A stretch of DNA of 64,000 nucleotides from a virus: the IMG/VR virus record IMGVR_UViG_3300042934_000519, positions 8,984 to 72,983 of that record, one strand, 5' to 3'. The stretch's first letter is position 1. Every line of letters starts with the position of its first letter. The position numbers and the translations under genes were made by a program. The notes under the pieces were generated by a model, which saw only the letters and a program-made list of their open reading frames with translations, ran no database searches and was not told the origin of the DNA. Positions 1-8,597 of this stretch are shown one piece after another.

Positions 1-215
1 GTGTTCCTGCATGGGCCGCTTTCTCTCCAGCCGATTTGGGCATCAACACTGACTCTTCTTCAGGTGGGGCGACGTTCTGTCAGGAGAAATGGGCCAGTAA
101 CAACTATTACACCATCCGAGGCTTTACCGGGCTTACTTACGCCGGGGGTGGTAACAACATTGGGTCTAACGGCGGGGTCTTCGGTTGGCGTCCCGTGCTC
201 GAACTCATCTTGTAA
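1..215 (+). CDS. 3' end of phiKZ gp131-family virion/tail protein (partial)
   Basis: Frame 3 reads ...TIRGFTGLTYAGGGNNIGSNGGVFGWRPVLELIL* (TAA 213-215); the C-terminal GWRPVLEL motif is typical of this jumbo-phage paralog family. Confidence 0.75.
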   Translation, partial: VPAWAAFSPADLGINTDSSSGGATFCQEKWASNNYYTIRGFTGLTYAGGGNNIGSNGGVFGWRPVLELIL

Positions 216-233
216 CTTTTAAGTAGGTGCCTC

Positions 234-923
234 ATGTCCTTGTACACTTTGCTGATCTCAGCTAACAAAACTCACAAGCAATCGACCAGTACGCTGTCGA
301 TCAAAAACCCCAAAGTAGGCCAAGACGGCATCTACCAGATCTACGACGATGCGGGTAATACTTTCCCCGCCTGGGTAGACATGACCACGGACGGCGGGTA
401 CTGGATTCAAGTCCTTCGCTGGAGTACACCCCTTGCGGCGGGTAACATGTCGCCCATGAACAAACAGCTGGTTAAAGGACAAGCCATCTCGGGGTTCTCG
501 GCTGTACCCGGTAGTTACCCGTCGATTCCTGCGGGCAAGATTGGCGCTAACCCGGCCAACGAGTTCCTGTTCCAAAACGAACACGCGCAATGGAAGACGC
601 TGTACGGCAACTGGCAGCGTGGCAACCTCTTCCCAGCAGGCACTACGTCGATTCAACCCGGCGTACCGATCCCGGTGGTCACCTCCATTGGCAACAAGAA
701 CTTCTGGGGTGCACGCGGCGGTTGGAACTTGGTCACCGACATGACCTCGCTTCAGTTCTCGTTCTGGACTCAAGCAGGCGCGGGCGGACCATGTGGTGGT
801 TCTGGTGTAGTTGGTAACAACAAGTGCTGCCCGATGGCGGACAACGGGGCGTACTCGTCTCACTGCGACTACACCAACCTCAAACGCGCATACCTGCGCG
901 CATCCAACTACCCAAAGAAGTAA
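234..923 (+). CDS. Fibrinogen/NEC-like domain virion accessory protein
   Basis: DGIYQI...VDMTTDGGYW motif of fibrinogen-related domains; Cys-rich C-terminus. Confidence 0.6.
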   Translation: MSLYTLLISANKTHKQSTSTLSIKNPKVGQDGIYQIYDDAGNTFPAWVDMTTDGGYWIQVLRWSTPLAAGNMSPMNKQLVKGQAISGFSAVPGSYPSIPAGKIGANPANEFLFQNEHAQWKTLYGNWQRGNLFPAGTTSIQPGVPIPVVTSIGNKNFWGARGGWNLVTDMTSLQFSFWTQAGAGGPCGGSGVVGNNKCCPMADNGAYSSHCDYTNLKRAYLRASNYPKK

Positions 924-1072
924 ATAAAAACCAACTTGGGTGTATTATATGTAGAGTAGACTCAGATCACCTACGGCACTCCTCCTGCTCGTTCGCGACG
1001 AGTAGGGGGTGTATGCCGTGTGCATTCTTTTATCCCTATGTAAACGTATACTGTACAGAAACGGAGGTTACC

Positions 1073-1405
1073 ATGTCTGAACTCATTCACCATCAGCCAC
1101 CAGTCCTGACCTTCGACGGTCACGTCCCCGCGGTCAAGGGCTACTACAACCTGTACGATGCGTTTGCTGAATCGGGTGTCCAGTTGAGCGACCAGATGGC
1201 AAAGATCGAATTGATCTCGCTACTGGACGATAATCTTGAAGAGTCGTTCAAGGACAACGGCAGTGCACAGTACGCCTTTCGTGCCACGTACCAGTACGGG
1301 CCTATCAGCGGACGGCTGGATCATGAGACGGGTGTCTTGACCCTGAACACCTATAAACAGGTGCCGCACATCAAACTGAGGTTGCGGCTGCACGTCTGGC
1401 GCTAA
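1073..1405 (+). CDS. Hypothetical protein
   Basis: GGAGG SD before ATG 1073. Confidence 0.7.
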   Translation: MSELIHHQPPVLTFDGHVPAVKGYYNLYDAFAESGVQLSDQMAKIELISLLDDNLEESFKDNGSAQYAFRATYQYGPISGRLDHETGVLTLNTYKQVPHIKLRLRLHVWR

Positions 1406-1441
1406 TCGTATGCGATAATGCACACTGCCTAGGCTAGCGCA

Positions 1442-2086
1442 ATGAAAACGCCTCTCTTAGCGGCCAAGGTTCCTAAGCCGCCCGTTGATCCATCCATCCT
1501 CGTTAATATCCCCTTTGATAAAGATCATCTCGATACCGTGGGTAACACCACACTGGCGATCTTTGGCTATCCGAACAACGTGCCAACCATTGAACAAGTA
1601 GGTGGACGCGGCGCGCTAAGAGTGACGGCTAACCAAGGGATCACCTACACGGTCATTCCCGGCAAGCCTCGGTTGTTCAACACCCCGCACTGGCGCATGG
1701 AGTTTGAAGTGATGTTGGTCAACCCAACACAGTTCAAGCACGAGACAGTGATTGCGTTTCGTAAGGCCAGCAACCTGTCCGATTACATGTTCTTCTTCTG
1801 GAAGAGGGCTCAGAACAGCCATCGGTTCCAAGTGACCGGTTCGTCGTGGAAAGTTGAGACAGCCCCCATGTTTGCCGACACCACGACGATGTCCGTCAAT
1901 GTCTGGCGTAAGTTTGCCATTGAGCGGACTGAAGCGGACAACACCATGCGTTTCTATGTGAACGATGTCCTCATGGGCAGTCGGGTCACCAGCATCGACC
2001 TCAGCTGTGATGTGATTGAACTCATTAAGGCTGCGTCTCCAGACTTCTTCAATGGCTGGATTCGTAACCTGAAGATCACTCGATAA
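1442..2086 (+). CDS. LamG/concanavalin A-like domain protein (putative tail-associated)
   Basis: W(R/H)xFAIER...MRFYVND...FNGWIRNLKIT pattern. Confidence 0.6.
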   Translation: MKTPLLAAKVPKPPVDPSILVNIPFDKDHLDTVGNTTLAIFGYPNNVPTIEQVGGRGALRVTANQGITYTVIPGKPRLFNTPHWRMEFEVMLVNPTQFKHETVIAFRKASNLSDYMFFFWKRAQNSHRFQVTGSSWKVETAPMFADTTTMSVNVWRKFAIERTEADNTMRFYVNDVLMGSRVTSIDLSCDVIELIKAASPDFFNGWIRNLKITR

Positions 2087-2152
2087 AGTCGGGTAATTAA
2101 TTACAGCTGGAAAGGATGGTGTGTAGATAACTCATTTTACAAAGGAAGGCTC

Positions 2153-2944
2153 ATGACTCACGAATACGTTAGCAACAAGATCGTCACCGCGTGGCCACAA
2201 GAGAAAGATGGCGCTGCTGGTTACGGTGTCAAGTACGAATCCGGCCACATCAGCTGGAGCCCTAAAGAGATCTTCGAGAAGTCGAGCGTCTCCATCGGCA
2301 ACATCGCACACCTGCCGCCGCATCAACAACGTGTACTGGCTGAGAAAGTTCAGCTGGACGCGCGCATCAAAGCGCTCAAGTCGTTCTTGGCTATGCCTGT
2401 GGTCGTGCTGCCACCGTACGAGCTTCAGCTCATGAACCTTCAACTGGGGCACATGGAAGAGTACTCCAAAATCCTCGACCTGCGCATCGGCGAGTTCGGT
2501 ATCACCAAGCTGGGCATGAACGACAGCTGGCTGCGTGAGAAGGTCGAAGAGCAACAGGCCGGTGACAGCCGCACCCAGTTCCAGAATGACTGGACTGCTG
2601 GTCCCGATCCGATCCCGTTCAAGCTGGACCTCAAGGCTCAGCAGGTCAATGCTTACGCACTGACCGACCCGAACGCGGAAATGGACAGCACCGATTCGCT
2701 GAACTACGTGGACGTGCGCAAAGTCTTCGACAGCGTCGGCAACGTACTGCCTTTCACCACCAACAAGGTGGAAGGCACACCGGTGTTCATGAACCGTTTC
2801 GCCGTGACCGGCCCTGAGTTCGACTTCTACGTCGAAGCCAACCTGCAACGCGGCACGGTGGAAATCGTCATCAATCAGGCAGCGCCTGGTCTGAGCGTCG
2901 AGTTCATTGCTCAGCGCATCAACCACAACCGCCGTCAGGGTTAA
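2153..2944 (+). CDS. Multi-domain phage protein (GYxVxY..SWSPK domain plus crAss001_48-like coiled domain)
   Basis: GYGVKYESGHISWSPKEIFE; PHQQRVLAEKVQLDARI...MEEYSKILDLRI. Confidence 0.6.
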   Translation: MTHEYVSNKIVTAWPQEKDGAAGYGVKYESGHISWSPKEIFEKSSVSIGNIAHLPPHQQRVLAEKVQLDARIKALKSFLAMPVVVLPPYELQLMNLQLGHMEEYSKILDLRIGEFGITKLGMNDSWLREKVEEQQAGDSRTQFQNDWTAGPDPIPFKLDLKAQQVNAYALTDPNAEMDSTDSLNYVDVRKVFDSVGNVLPFTTNKVEGTPVFMNRFAVTGPEFDFYVEANLQRGTVEIVINQAAPGLSVEFIAQRINHNRRQG

Positions 2945-2958
2945 TCCCCTCGTGTAAG

Positions 2959-2990
2959 GTGCTCTCCTTCGGGAGAGCGCTTTATGCTAT
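2959..2990 (+). terminator. Hairpin terminator
   Basis: GTGCTCTCC-TTCG-GGAGAGCGC followed by TTTATGC. Confidence 0.7.
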
Positions 2991-3011
2991 GAGTGCACAA
3001 TCTTTCAGTGC

Positions 3012-3026
3012 TACATTACAAACGGG
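3012..3026 (+). promoter_or_regulatory. Putative early (vRNAP) promoter TACATT-N8-G
   Basis: Same motif at 3012, 3562, 8501, 15878, 24501, 29288, 44553, 50049, 56381; resembles phiKZ early TATATTAC. Confidence 0.65.
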
Positions 3027-3074
3027 AACATACCCGTACTGCCAACACTTACACAACTCCAGAGGGTACTAACC

Positions 3075-3488
3075 ATGATGAGTCAAGGAATCAGTCTGAT
3101 CCTCGTCGATGACGAGAATGAAATCCCGAGTTTGTTGCCGTTGCTGCACATTGACAACGTCGTGGCGTTGGACGACATGATCAACCACCTCGACACGCTG
3201 TACGACGAAGTGTTCTACGTGCTCTTCACAGGCCCTGAGAGCGCTGCTGAGAAGTACCTGCACATGTACAACGTCCGTCGGGCAATCGTTGTCCACAGCG
3301 GCAAAGCGAAAGCCCACGGGCGTGACCTGACGTGGATCAAAGCGGTATTAGGCAATAGCAAGCGTGAAGTGGTGCGGGGTGTGCTCCCTGAACCCAAGTT
3401 GAACTTAGGTTTCTTGGACCGCTCAGGTGGCTTCTCGCAACCTGAAGAGAAAGATGACCCGTATGCAGAGTTGGGCTACCGGCGATAA
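3075..3488 (+). CDS. Hypothetical protein
   Basis: ORF between early promoter and terminator. Confidence 0.7.
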   Translation: MMSQGISLILVDDENEIPSLLPLLHIDNVVALDDMINHLDTLYDEVFYVLFTGPESAAEKYLHMYNVRRAIVVHSGKAKAHGRDLTWIKAVLGNSKREVVRGVLPEPKLNLGFLDRSGGFSQPEEKDDPYAELGYRR

Positions 3489-3491
3489 CAC

Positions 3492-3542
3492 TAGAGGCAG
3501 GGGCATTTGCCCCTGCCTCTATGCCGTCTCTTTTCTTTTGGA
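3492..3542 (+). terminator. Hairpin terminator with TATGCCG and pyrimidine tract
   Basis: TAGAGGCAGGGGC...GCCCCTGCCTCTA-TGCCG-TCTCTTTTCTTTTGG. Confidence 0.75.
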
Positions 3543-3561
3543 CTGTAAAAACAAATGGCCA

Positions 3562-3576
3562 TACATTATTCTCTGG
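3562..3576 (+). promoter_or_regulatory. Putative early promoter
   Basis: TACATTAT...G, A-rich upstream. Confidence 0.6.
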
Positions 3577-3629
3577 AGTAAAGCAGTGTGCATGCTCATC
3601 CCTTAAGCAACTAAGAAGGATACTCTGTC

Positions 3630-3989
3630 ATGTCCGTACGTGTAAAAGCCGTTACACTGGAAATCCAACCAACTTCGGAACGCGTTAACCTGCGCCAAGT
3701 CCTCACTGGCCTGAACCTGTGTGGTCATCTGACCCCTATCCAGGTCAACCACGAACTGCTGCTCAAGAACAACCCGCACACGCAGATCGACCTCAGCGGT
3801 TCGGTGCTGACGTTCAAGAACAAGTTCGACCGTGCGATCGAGGTGGAGATCAGCATCTCGGAGCCACCGGCCAATACCAGCCCTCACCAACCGGGTCGTC
3901 CTGCTGACGCTGAGCGTCCGTGCAGCGAGATCCCATTGCCAGGTGGCGGTGAGTGCGTGCTCAAGGAAACCGAAGAAGACAAGCAGTAA
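3630..3989 (+). CDS. Hypothetical protein
   Basis: AAGGA SD; phage-like codon usage. Confidence 0.7.
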   Translation: MSVRVKAVTLEIQPTSERVNLRQVLTGLNLCGHLTPIQVNHELLLKNNPHTQIDLSGSVLTFKNKFDRAIEVEISISEPPANTSPHQPGRPADAERPCSEIPLPGGGECVLKETEEDKQ

Positions 3990-4057
3990 CATGCTACACG
4001 TCTACAGCCGATGCGGGTCGGCTGTAGATCCCTAACCACATTTAAAGGAAAGCTCTC

Positions 4058-4690
4058 GTGAAACACGCAACCATCTATGCATTTGGTTCAGACAACGCTG
4101 GACAGATCCAGAAGTACCTGGACAGCGACGTCTACAAACAACTGGCGGCTGACACTGGCGCTACCTTGGACATGTTTTTCGGTCCTCTGAGCAAAGCGCC
4201 ATTTGACGTGGTCATTGCGCCGGGCAACAGCTACGGCATCATGACCGGTGGCTTCGATCAGGGTCTGGTGGACCTGTTCGGGGAGAAGCTTCAGAACCGT
4301 GTGCAACATGTCATCCGCACCAAACACGCCGGTGAACTGAACGTGGGTGCAGCCATCTTTGTCAAGTGCATGGACGAAGAGAACCGCCACTGCGCGTATG
4401 CTCCCACGATGAGGACGCCTAAAGAACTGCCTCGTAACAGCGACATTCCGTACATGGCCACGCGCGCTGCGCTGCTCATGATCGATAAAGCCGACATTGG
4501 CCCGGAACCCCAGATCCTCATCCCGTTGATGGGTGTAGGCACTGGTGGTCTCGACGTCAAATACGTGCTCATCCAGATTCACATGGCGCTTGGCAGTATT
4601 GCCAATCCGCGCAACGTGACCAACCTCAACGACGGCCAAGACATTGATCAAGCGATCACGGTCTACGGCGCAGCCTCTCGTTTCCGTTAA
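4058..4690 (+). CDS. Macro domain (ADP-ribose-binding/hydrolase) protein
   Basis: VIAPGNSYGIMTGGFD, YAPTMRTP and IPLMGVGTGG macrodomain motifs. Confidence 0.85.
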   Translation: MKHATIYAFGSDNAGQIQKYLDSDVYKQLAADTGATLDMFFGPLSKAPFDVVIAPGNSYGIMTGGFDQGLVDLFGEKLQNRVQHVIRTKHAGELNVGAAIFVKCMDEENRHCAYAPTMRTPKELPRNSDIPYMATRAALLMIDKADIGPEPQILIPLMGVGTGGLDVKYVLIQIHMALGSIANPRNVTNLNDGQDIDQAITVYGAASRFR

Positions 4691-4699
4691 GGAGCCATC

Positions 4700-5260
4700 A
4701 TGGCAACTGTACGTCAATCCGCTGGTCATGCGATCAGCCATTTCTTCACCGTGTTCGTCCCACTGGCATTTCTGATGAATGTCTTCTTCCCTGTGCAGAA
4801 TGTGTTTCGCAAACTGTGGTGGAAAGCGTGGGGCCATAACCCTGATGAGAACATTGGGTTTCATCTCGACAAATTGAGCTTTGACCACAACTGGCACAAC
4901 CGCGCCGTGATCACCCAGATCGTGGCGGGCATGGCCAAGTTGTTCTACAGCGATCCGATGACCAGCATCGCTGTGAAGATGTACAACGATTACCGTTTCC
5001 ATCAATACCAGCCGTACGACGTCTGGGCACCCATTGACGTCTGGGCTCAACTGGAACAACCCGGCAAAGCCATTATCGACTGGTTCATTGATGTCGAAGG
5101 CATGCCGCGCTCGCGTCTGGACTACATGCTCAAGTCCAACCCGAACTTCGTCGAATGGTACACCGAAGCGATCGAAACCAAGATGCTCGACGAAGAAGGC
5201 TACGAAGCCCTCAAGGCGTCGAACAAAGCCAAGCGTGAAGCTGAATGTACTGTGCCGTGA
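4700..5260 (+). CDS. Hypothetical protein
   Basis: AGGAG SD; hydrophobic N-terminal segment. Confidence 0.65.
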   Translation: MATVRQSAGHAISHFFTVFVPLAFLMNVFFPVQNVFRKLWWKAWGHNPDENIGFHLDKLSFDHNWHNRAVITQIVAGMAKLFYSDPMTSIAVKMYNDYRFHQYQPYDVWAPIDVWAQLEQPGKAIIDWFIDVEGMPRSRLDYMLKSNPNFVEWYTEAIETKMLDEEGYEALKASNKAKREAECTVP

Positions 5261-5946
5261 CGTGGCCGCAGTATCCGCACCGGGAACCTGAAATGTGTCC
5301 GGTGCGAGAGATACCTGTATACGCATTTGATGTAAACCCTGAGCAAGTGGGTATCTACCAGACTATCGACTTGATCACTGACCCAATCAACCCTCCGACA
5401 TCCCCGACTGAACAGGAAGCATCCGGCATGACTATCATCGACAGCAGTGCAGGTTTCGGTCCCGACACCGACGACGCAGGTAGCAAGGCCCGTGAGAAAC
5501 TGGCCTTGACAGGCGCCGCTATCAAGCGCAAAGCGTTGTTGATGTGGATGTGGATCAAGATCATCACCTTCCTTGCGGTGTGCGGCATCGTAGCGTTTGG
5601 TTACTACTCCTACCAACACCGCGTCAAGACTTACGTTACCGACCACCGACCTTGCATGGTGGAAGCCGAAGACAAGTCCTGGAAGGTCACAGGCTCTCGC
5701 GCTTACTCCTACCAAAACAACGAACTGTTTGGTTTCCGTTGGTCTGAAGCGGCAGCTGTCGAGGAGAAGACCGAACTGGACGTCACAGGTAACCTGATGG
5801 TCGGCGGTGCCTATGAAGGCGGTTACTGGTGGGTCGCTGTTACGGACAAGACCACCCGCCCTGTGTACCTCAAGCCAGCCTCGCTGTTGATCTTCATGGC
5901 CAACAACAAGATGCTGATCACCAACAATGAGACCTTCTGCAAATGA
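5245..5946 (+). CDS. Membrane-anchored hypothetical protein (start uncertain)
   Basis: One TM segment (LLMWMWIKIITFLAVCGIVAFGYY). Confidence 0.6.
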   Translation: MYCAVTWPQYPHREPEMCPVREIPVYAFDVNPEQVGIYQTIDLITDPINPPTSPTEQEASGMTIIDSSAGFGPDTDDAGSKAREKLALTGAAIKRKALLMWMWIKIITFLAVCGIVAFGYYSYQHRVKTYVTDHRPCMVEAEDKSWKVTGSRAYSYQNNELFGFRWSEAAAVEEKTELDVTGNLMVGGAYEGGYWWVAVTDKTTRPVYLKPASLLIFMANNKMLITNNETFCK

Positions 5947-5954
5947 GGTAGAAC

Positions 5955-6959
5955 ATGCACTATCTAGGCTACGTGTATGGGCCGAAAGATAAGGAGACCT
6001 TGACGCGGATCTTGGCTCCTTACAACGAGCAAGAAGAATACGGGGTCACCTTGGGTCCTGAGTTGGTGGTGTTGAGCAACATCCCGACCATGACGCTGGA
6101 AACGTCGCTGTTCGACATGATCGTGGCCTTCCGTGAGATCGACCGTCCGTTCTTCAGCCGTGCCAGCCCGATCCTGATCGTGGAAAGTCTGGCTGATTAT
6201 GAACTCAGTCAGGTCCGTGAACTAGGTGCGTTCGTGATCGCTTACGATCTGGACAGCAAAGAAGCCACCGCCAAGATGGCCGTGACTCGGGCTTTCTGGG
6301 ATTGGTGGGTCGTCGGCGGGCGCTGGCCGATCCAGTTCGAAGGCAAGAACACTGCCGGTGGCTGGAACATGTACAAGAACATCATCAGTGAAGCTGAAGT
6401 GAGCTGGGCTGTTGACAAGGAAGCGTTGGAGGAAAAGAAAGCCAACCGCTTCACGTCCTTGCGCATGGGCGAGATCGACTGGAAGAAAGCCAAACAAGAG
6501 CGGGTCACGAATGCGCTTGAAGCCTGGGAGTTTGCCAACAAGCACCTGCCCGGTCTTCCGCGGATCTCGGACCTTGTCACCAAGATGAACCTGCCCAAAG
6601 GCACCCGCTACGTCGACTTCAAACACGATGAAGTGTCGGCCTGGCAGAAACGAGTGGCAGAGGTGACACATGCCTTGCGACCTGACGACTGGGAGAAGAT
6701 GTTCTCCATTCGTGATGTCGTCGGCATGACGCGCCGTGAAGTCATTCGTTATGCCCTGTTGCGTACGCACCTGCCGTTGTTCGGCATCTTCTGGGAACAA
6801 AAGTACGACAGCGACAAACGTGGCATGGTGGAAGAAACCACGGTGTACGATTTCAGCTGGGCAACCTTCCCTACGGACAAGGACGCCAAAGACATCCTCC
6901 GTCGGGTGCGTAACCTGGACCCTTCTACTGTCGTCACTGCGATCGACATCCACAACTAA
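5955..6959 (+). CDS. Conserved phage hypothetical protein
   Basis: WDWWVVGGRW motif and C-terminal VTAIDIHN. Confidence 0.7.
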   Translation: MHYLGYVYGPKDKETLTRILAPYNEQEEYGVTLGPELVVLSNIPTMTLETSLFDMIVAFREIDRPFFSRASPILIVESLADYELSQVRELGAFVIAYDLDSKEATAKMAVTRAFWDWWVVGGRWPIQFEGKNTAGGWNMYKNIISEAEVSWAVDKEALEEKKANRFTSLRMGEIDWKKAKQERVTNALEAWEFANKHLPGLPRISDLVTKMNLPKGTRYVDFKHDEVSAWQKRVAEVTHALRPDDWEKMFSIRDVVGMTRREVIRYALLRTHLPLFGIFWEQKYDSDKRGMVEETTVYDFSWATFPTDKDAKDILRRVRNLDPSTVVTAIDIHN

Positions 6960-6968
6960 GGAGACGTC

Positions 6969-7277
6969 ATGTCTACCGTTTCGTACATCATCAGTCTGCT
7001 CGTTCCCGGCGAAGAGCTGAAGTTTGTCCGGGTTGAACCGGAAGGTCTGACCGAAGAGTTCAACGAGTGTGCTTCGTGGCAGGACATCAACGATGCTATT
7101 GGCTACCGGGATGCACTCATGGAAGGCTTCAAGGCGCAAGGCTATCGCACAGCCACGCCTGAAGACAACCTCGGTACCGTTGAAGACCCGTTGGCCAACA
7201 CCGTGATGTTTACGGTGCTGCGTCACACGCTCGAACCGATCCGTACCTCGCACCTGATCAAAGACGGCGTGCATTGA
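6969..7277 (+). CDS. Hypothetical protein
   Basis: AGGAG SD; followed by hairpin at 7284-7308. Confidence 0.7.
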   Translation: MSTVSYIISLLVPGEELKFVRVEPEGLTEEFNECASWQDINDAIGYRDALMEGFKAQGYRTATPEDNLGTVEDPLANTVMFTVLRHTLEPIRTSHLIKDGVH

Positions 7278-7336
7278 TCTGAACCGGAGAGGGGGAACCC
7301 TCTCTGGCTTTATTCCCTTTTCTTTTGGAGTGCTCC

Positions 7337-7849
7337 ATGCAGCAACATTACCTTGACCGCTCTGTTCACCTGAAACAACTGTGGACAGCCTTGGCTGCGG
7401 TACGGGCCAAGTTCACCAGCCGTGAGGAGATCTACACCCACACGTTCCAATCTTTGAATGCGTTTGTACTCAGCCTGCGCACTCGTTACGTGAACCCTGA
7501 GGACAGTCGCTTCCGTGTCTATCAGATTCGCATTGACGGGGAATGCGATGGCCGCTTCATGCAGGTGTACTACACCCGTCTGGACGGTGTTGACATGTTC
7601 TTTTACGTCGTCGAGAGCGAAAGCCGTTTCTACATTGGCAACGATGACATGGGCATGTACGTCGACATGGCGAAGGTGGATGATGAGTATGACATGATCG
7701 GCATTGGTCCAGCGTGTGAAAGCATGCTGTGCGCGCAGTTGCAAGACATCGTGCTCGATTTCCGTGAATTCCTGACCGACCCTGAGCTGAGTTGCTTCGA
7801 TCAGCAGTATTTAGGAAATCGTGTGCCCCTTCATGTGGTAGTTCTTTAA
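7337..7849 (+). CDS. Hypothetical protein
   Basis: GGAG SD before ATG 7337. Confidence 0.65.
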   Translation: MQQHYLDRSVHLKQLWTALAAVRAKFTSREEIYTHTFQSLNAFVLSLRTRYVNPEDSRFRVYQIRIDGECDGRFMQVYYTRLDGVDMFFYVVESESRFYIGNDDMGMYVDMAKVDDEYDMIGIGPACESMLCAQLQDIVLDFREFLTDPELSCFDQQYLGNRVPLHVVVL

Positions 7850-7867
7850 TCACACAAGGTAAATGGC

Positions 7868-8248
7868 GTGGATCAGGAAGTGATCAAATGGCTGCACAGC
7901 GCTTCTGGTCGTAGCAAACGTTCCAAGGTCACCAAAGAAGGCTGCTTCATGCTCGAACATGAGGCAACAGGTCGTTTCTACGTGTCTGAGAGCGCTTCTG
8001 TCAGCGAAGAAGTCGATAACCAGCTCAAGCTACTGGCATTGAGCAAACACCCTAACAAGCTCCTCAACGGCCTCTACAGCAAGGATGGAGAAATCCGTGT
8101 CTACGAATACCCCGCCAAAGGAAAGTCTGCTCGGGCCAAGCTCGTTGGAGCCCTTACCGGAGGCGAAGAAGAAAAGGCCTACCTCTGCCTCAACCACAAA
8201 CCTCGGCCCGTACGGCGAAAACGATTGGGACCTCGAAGCAGCGATTAA
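7868..8248 (+). CDS. GIY-YIG-like nuclease domain protein
   Basis: GCFMLEHEATGRFYVSES...KHPNKLL resembles Seg-type GIY-YIG. Confidence 0.5.
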   Translation: MDQEVIKWLHSASGRSKRSKVTKEGCFMLEHEATGRFYVSESASVSEEVDNQLKLLALSKHPNKLLNGLYSKDGEIRVYEYPAKGKSARAKLVGALTGGEEEKAYLCLNHKPRPVRRKRLGPRSSD

Positions 8249-8258
8249 ACGGGCGTGC

Positions 8259-8450
8259 ATGTACCCCAATCAGTTGGATGCCTTGAACTGGATCGTGCAG
8301 TGGGAACATGAGCGTGCCAGTGCTCAGTTCTTTCGCACCGGTAAACGGGAGGCCAACTTCCGGCAGTTGATGGGGCGTGTTATTCAAGAGCACACCCGGA
8401 TGTCCATGATGACCGAGCTGTCGCCGTGGCCGGGTAAACCCGCTGAATAA
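8259..8450 (+). CDS. Small hypothetical protein
   Basis: ORF ending just before hairpin 8452-8474 and TATGCCG. Confidence 0.45.
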   Translation: MYPNQLDALNWIVQWEHERASAQFFRTGKREANFRQLMGRVIQEHTRMSMMTELSPWPGKPAE

Positions 8451-8500
8451 GAGCAGGGGCGCTAAGCCCCTGCTTATGCCGCGTAAATACTTTACAGCGA

Positions 8501-8515
8501 TACATTATTCACGGG
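8501..8515 (+). promoter_or_regulatory. Putative early promoter
   Basis: TACATTATTCACGGG upstream of ligase. Confidence 0.6.
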
Positions 8516-8597
8516 AATAACAGTCAATTTATAAAATCCCCAGAGATCATCTGATGTGACATGCCGTTAATAACCCCTTATTTCCGAGGCCTCTCTC

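Noticed and set aside
1-222. ORF-track 73-aa frame-1 ORF
   Set aside because: Frame 3 (ending at 215) carries the recognisable GWRPVLEL family motif
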